From contig NW_021826000.1 in assembly GCF_006345805.1 (NCBI RefSeq), positions 1-13,880 on the forward strand: a DNA stretch of 13,880 nucleotides, written 5' to 3'. Within the stretch, counting starts at the first letter, position 1; each line of letters opens with the position of its first letter. Position numbers and translations under genes: made by a program. Positions 8,970 through 13,880 of this stretch are shown piece by piece. The notes beneath the pieces are model-generated. The model was not told the DNA's origin, searched no databases, and saw nothing but the letters and a program-made list of their open reading frames with translations. The DNA comes from Octopus sinensis. Taxonomy: Eukaryota.

Positions 8970-9128
8970 ATGAGAGGAGGAGAGGGGGGGGAGGAATATG
9001 GAGATTGAGAAATTGAGAGAGAGTTAGAGAGAGGAGGAGAGAGAGAGATAGAGGAGAGAGAGAGAGAGGAGAGAGGAGAGAGAGAGAGCGAATGAGAGAG
9101 GAGAGAGAGAAGAGAGGGAGAGAGAGAT

Positions 9129-9161
<33 letters not shown>

Positions 9162-9172
9162 GTGAGTGAGAG
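8970..9172. repeat. (GA)n/(GGA) purine tract
   Basis: Direct reading. Confidence 0.93.
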
Positions 9173-9333
9173 AAAAACCAGCGGAAATGCTAAGGGAAAA
9201 AATAAAATAAAACCGAAAGCCAGAAATCTAAGCAATCGTAAGCATACACATACACACACACAACACACACACACACACACACACACACTCATGCGCGCGC
9301 ACAGATACATATTTATACTCACATATATCTACA

Positions 9334-9763
9334 CTAGCAGCATAGCCCGGCGTTGCCCGGGTATGTAAGAGCCCCTAGTAGGCAACGACTAATCCCAATC
9401 TAGTCCTTTCCCTCTAGGGAACGAAGGCGCATGTGTAGGTTGCAATGTTTTCTCTTCACTTGAATACTTCTGTGTATACGATGTTCCTAGCTGTCCCTAG
9501 CTGTCGAGTTGTGTCCCCTAGACAGAAAATGTGTTGCATATAAAAAGCTTAGATTTTCGACCCCATGTCGAATTTATCGATTTTTTTTCAGAACTGGGGG
9601 AACTTTTCAAAATTTTCGCTGCGTTAGTTTTGAATTATGACATTGGGCTATGAGTGTGTTAAGTTTCATCAGAATGGGTTGAAAGCCGTGGATAGGGTGA
9701 GGGTACAACCTGACAGCCACACAGACACACAGACAGACAAACTGCCGTTTATATATAGAGAGA
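9334..9763 (-). mobile_element. Non-autonomous Helitron, 430 bp, both termini intact
   Basis: Minus strand begins TC (tctctctatatataaacggcag) and ends with a cccgg-N6-ccggg hairpin (9346-9361) 8 nt before CTAG (9334-9337). Inserted between A and T with no TSD: canonical Helitron hallmarks. Confidence 0.88.
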
Positions 9764-9804
9764 TATATATACACTAATATAAATAGATGTGTATATAAAC
9801 TTAA

Positions 9805-9817
9805 GAATCTATCTATT

Positions 9818-9863
<46 letters not shown>

Positions 9864-9916
9864 ATCTATCTATCTGTCGTCTGTCTATTACCTACTGTCT
9901 ATCTATCTGTCTATCT

Positions 9917-9965
<49 letters not shown>

Positions 9966-9995
9966 ATATCTATCTATCTATATATCTTAATCTAT
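9805..9995. repeat. (TCTA)n microsatellite
   Basis: Direct reading. Confidence 0.95.
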
Positions 9996-10075
9996 CATCT
10001 ATTTTGGATCCCTATCATTACTTTTTTCAGACAACACTACCAACACATACACACATACACATACTTATATACATA

Positions 10076-10085
10076 CCTACATATA

Positions 10086-10136
<51 letters not shown>

Positions 10137-10170
10137 GCGTACGTACACTTTGTTCTCTAATATATAATAT

Positions 10171-10208
<38 letters not shown>
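10076..10208. repeat. (TA)n/(TAA)-variant tracts
   Basis: Direct reading. Confidence 0.9.
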
Positions 10209-10238
10209 TTATTTTCGTGTGTGCGTTTTGTGTGTGTT

Positions 10239-10710
10239 ACAAAATTGTCCAATTACATTTGGCATTTGAAAGTACGTGCCACTGATTTCAACATCAAGTG
10301 GAAGGTCCTTGAGACATGCAAACTTTACAAGAACGGGAATGAAAGATGTGATTTATGTGAGGCTGAAAAAAAAAAGCTTCACGCTGAAGAGCCTCAAAAG
10401 AAGCAAGATATGAATTGTTTACAAAATGTCACGAATTTAATAACCATTTACTGAAAAACTGGAATTTATCAGCAATACTACTTCACTAAATGATTTCTAC
10501 CTACTCTTAACATCTATCTTCTGATTCCAATATCAAGTAGAAAGTTCTTGAGACATGCATACTTTACATGAACGAGTATGAAAAATATGGTTTATGTGCG
10601 GCTTAGAGAAAGCTTCATGCTTAAAAACCGCAAAATGCAAGATCTGAATTTTTTACAAAATGTCGTGAGTTTGGAAAGCATTTACTGGAAATCTGCTATT
10701 TATTAGCGAT
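10239..10710 (+). pseudogene. Two tandem remnants of the C-terminal GIY-YIG region of a Penelope-like element
   Basis: TKLSNYIWHLK...DFNIKWKVLETCKLYKNGNERCDLCEAEK fits the PLE motif LS.YIW.LK.....I.WKI......Y.....RC.LC..EK. A second copy ~239 bp downstream reads DSNIK*KVLETCILYMNEYEKYGLCAA*. Confidence 0.75.
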
Positions 10711-11097
10711 GAGCTGGCAGAACCGTTAGCACGCCGGGCGAAATGCTTAGCGGTATTCGTCTGCCGTTACGTTCTGAGTTTAAAATTCCGCGAGGTCGAC
10801 TTTGCCTTCATCCTTTCGGGGGTCGATTAATAAGTACCAGTTACGCACTGGGTCGATATAATCGACTTAGCTGTCGTCGGATTTCGTTTAGCCCTGGGTA
10901 GTAAAGACAATAGGTATTTCGTCTGCCGTTACGTCTGAGTTTAAAATTCCGCCGAGGTCGACTTTGCCTTTCATCCTTTCGGGTCGATTAAATAAGTACC
11001 AGTTACGCACTGGGGTCGATATAATCGACTTAATCCGTTTGTCTGTCCTTGTTTTTCCCCTCTGTGTTTAGCCCCTTGTGGGTAGTAAAGAAATAGG
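10711..11097 (+). mobile_element. SINE C dimer
   Basis: Head plus a second unit joined at aataggtatttcgtctgccg; exact 14-bp TSD tatttattagcgat (10697-10710, 11098-11111). Confidence 0.92.
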
Positions 11098-11644
11098 TAT
11101 TTATTAGCGATACCACTTCGCAAATCATTTTTAACCACATCGAAACAACATTTTCTCACAAAATACAGCAGTTTTTTTTTCTTTCAGTTGCTTTCCTCCA
11201 TATGCAATATTTGATGCATAATTGCATGTGTATAGTACGTCTTTTAAATTCATTCAGTTCCTTGTTCCTGTCATCCTTAAGTGCACAGCCATGCACGAGC
11301 ATGTACACAAATATCTAATTCTAACGTATGCATATTTTACAATTGAGCCTTTCTCACATCTGCTGCAGTAATGAAGTAAAAATATTCTTAACTTTTCTTA
11401 TTTACAACCCACTCACTCTTTTTCTGTTTCTCTCTCTTTCAGGCTTCCACTCTTAGTTTTCCCCTTTTTTTCGTCTGCCCCTTTGTCACTGACATTAACC
11501 TAGTTTCGTTAACGCATTTACAGCTATTCGCTTAATATTCAAAGAGAAACAACTCATGTAAATGCATATAACAAAACCGAAAACTGCGTGCAATTCGAAT
11601 CGAAATGGTCAAGTGTCTAACTAATAGCCCTATATATATATATA

Positions 11645-12012
11645 CTAGCAGTATCGCCCGGCGTTGCTCAGGTTTGTAAGGGAAATAACTATAAAGCATT
11701 TTAGAGAGTTATAGCCAAAATAGCAAAAAAATGGAAAAAAATGATGGTAAATTTTTTTTTGAGAGTTAAAAAAGGTGGAGTTGCGTCCCCTAGACAGTTT
11801 GTGGTTTTGTGTTTCTGATTCTCGACCCCATGTCGAATTTATCGATTTTTTTCAGAACTGGGGGAACTTTTCAAAATTTTCGCTGCGTTAGTTTTGAATT
11901 ATGACATTGGGCTATGTGTGTGTCAAGTTTCATCAGAATCGGTTGAAAGCCGTGGTCAGGGTGAGGGTACAGCAAACAGACACAGAGAAACACGCACAGA
12001 CAAACTGCCGTT

Positions 12013-12022
<10 letters not shown>
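11645..12022 (-). mobile_element. Non-autonomous Helitron, related subfamily
   Basis: CTAG at 11645-11648 with a decayed hairpin; ~150-bp core differs at only 6 positions from 9557-9707; the 5' TC is lost in (TA)n. Confidence 0.85.
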
Positions 12023-12043
<21 letters not shown>

Positions 12044-12064
12044 ATATATATATAAATATATATA

Positions 12065-12275
12065 AGAACGCCATGTTGGATCGTTAGCTCCTACACGCAT
12101 TTTTTCTTCTCCTTGTTTCTCTCCTTGTTTCTTTTCTGTGTATTTTTCTGTCGAAGAGCGTAGGCTCGAAACGTAAAAGACTTGTTTTATTTATATCCTG
12201 AGCGCCATACTAATACAATGTTTGTTTGTACTCCACCTGCCTTCGTTCTTTTGTTTATTTTTGCAAACCTTCCCG
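12065..12275 (+). mobile_element. Short non-autonomous repeat, probably Penelope-like-derived (copy 2)
   Basis: Reverse-complement homolog of 420-610, flanked by (TA)n on both sides. Confidence 0.65.
12143..12180 (+). ncRNA. Variant minimal type I hammerhead ribozyme-like motif
   Basis: ttttt CTGTCGA a GAGC gtag GCTC GAAA CGT A aaaga; predicted cleavage 3' of A12175. Confidence 0.55.
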
Positions 12276-12311
<36 letters not shown>

Positions 12312-12312
12312 A

Positions 12313-12346
<34 letters not shown>

Positions 12347-12350
12347 TATA
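12276..12350. repeat. (TA)n microsatellite
   Basis: Direct reading. Confidence 0.95.
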
Positions 12351-12355
12351 CACAC

Positions 12356-12742
12356 ACTCTTTTACTCTTTTACTTGTTCAGTCATTTGACTGCAGCCATG
12401 CTGGAGCAGCACCGCCTTAGTCGAGCAAATCGGCCCCAGGACTTATTCTTGTAAGCCTAGTACTTATTCTATCGGTCTCTTTTGCCGAACCGCTAAGTTA
12501 CGGGGATGTAAACACACCAGCATCGGTTGTCAAGCGATGTTGGGGGACAAACACAGACATACAAACATATATATATATACATATATAAGACGGGTTTCTT
12601 TCAGTTTCCGTCTACCAAATCCACTCTCAAGGCTTTGGTCGGCCCGAGGCTATAGTAGAAGACACTTGCCCAAGGTGCCACGCAATGGGACTGAACCCGG
12701 AACCATGTGGCTGGTTAGCAAGCTACTTACCACACAGCCACT
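12356..12742 (-). mobile_element. SINE A, near full length
   Basis: Colinear with 3796-4199. Confidence 0.93.
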
Positions 12743-13272
12743 ACTACGCACAAAACAATATTCACTGTTTTCAAGGAAACTAGTGAATATAAAACAATGG
12801 CTGCGAGGACGACAGAGAAACCCGGACAGAAGTTAAATCGATAATGGAAGTCCATAGCGTCATGTTAAGACAATGGCCAAGAAATGGCCGATTCTTGTCC
12901 AATACATGACAAGACTGAACAAAACAGAAGTTGAATAACGAACCCCCATTCCCGCCCTTACGACCATACAAAAGGGAAATACGAGAAGTTGTTGGGAAAG
13001 AGAAAAAGTCAAAGCTTATACCGAAATCTTTATGATAATCATCTGAAAATCTAGCAAATGGACAAATTCATGTCTGGAAGAAAATGAGAAACTGTCCCAA
13101 TACAAAGAAGCTAAAAATAGAGATAACCGGAATGTGCTGATTGGAAACAGAAACAATTCATACAATATGAGTGTCTTGGGAACGATAAAAAGACTTGCGG
13201 ACTAATGACATGACCAGCATTAAAAGGGACATGCATACATATATACATACATACATGCGTGCAATGTTTGTC

Positions 13273-13335
13273 CTATCTATCTATCTATCCATCCATCCAT
13301 CCATCCATCCATCTATCTATCTATCTATCTATCTA

Positions 13336-13366
<31 letters not shown>

Positions 13367-13560
13367 ATCTGTCTGTGTCTCTGTCTCACTCTCTCTCCAT
13401 TTCTCTCTTCTCTCTCTCTCTCTCTATCTGTCTATCTATCTGTCTGTCTGTCAGTCTGTCTTGTCTGTATGTACGTCTGTCTGTGACTCTGTTTCACTCT
13501 CTCTCTCTCTCCGTCTCTCTCTCCCTCTCTCTCTCTATCTATCTATCTATATACACACAT
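13273..13560. repeat. Compound (CTAT)n-(CCAT)n-(GTCT)n-(CT)n microsatellite
   Basis: Direct reading. Confidence 0.93.
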
Positions 13561-13757
13561 ACGCACACATACACACAGAATATCACCACTGTGCACTACG
13601 CGTATATTACAATAGAAAAATGAGAAAATAAAAAAGGCAGTAAAACCTATCTCAATGTTCGTTGAGGAAAGAGCTGACCTTTTTTTTTATTTTTCCCCTA
13701 ATCCCGAATCATTATTTACAAATGCAGTAAGAAGAGCGCAATAGATATGAGTAAATA

Positions 13758-13880
13758 TGGCTGTGTGGTAAGAAGCTTGCCTCCCAACCACATGGTACCG
13801 GGTTCCGGGTTCAGTTCCACTGCGTGGCACCTTGGACAAGTGTCTTCTGCTATAGTCTCATAGTCTCGGGCCGATCAAAG
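13758..13880 (+). mobile_element. SINE A 5' head, runs off the window end
   Basis: tggctgtgtggtaagaagcttg...ccgggttcagttccactgcgtggcaccttggacaagtgtcttc is the reverse complement of the heads of the minus-strand copies. Confidence 0.9.

Noticed and set aside
11415-11442. Strong polypyrimidine-cag splice acceptor
   Set aside because: No plausible donor follows and the downstream sequence is T-rich; such tracts are common by chance here.

Overview
Eukaryotic, repeat-saturated non-coding DNA. It is most likely intergenic or intronic Octopus sequence, inferred from recalled octopus-type SINE families, not from a search. No intact host gene, rRNA, true tRNA or CRISPR array is supported, and the long ORFs in the track are microsatellite read-throughs. 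The window contains: (1) four tRNA-headed SINE families, labelled A-D here, several nested with readable target-site duplications (TSDs); (2) two non-autonomous Helitrons; (3) decayed R4/Dong-like reverse transcriptase (RT) and Penelope-like (PLE) GIY-YIG coding remnants; (4) two copies of a short repeat carrying a variant minimal hammerhead ribozyme motif; (5) two long near-perfect hairpins; (6) large (CATA)n and (GAT)n arrays with higher-order structure. I see no clearly new gene system. The best leads are the shared non-canonical hammerhead core, the multimeric SINE C whose 3' ends share microhomology with their targets, the modular Helitrons and the dsRNA-forming hairpins. All alignments were done by eye.
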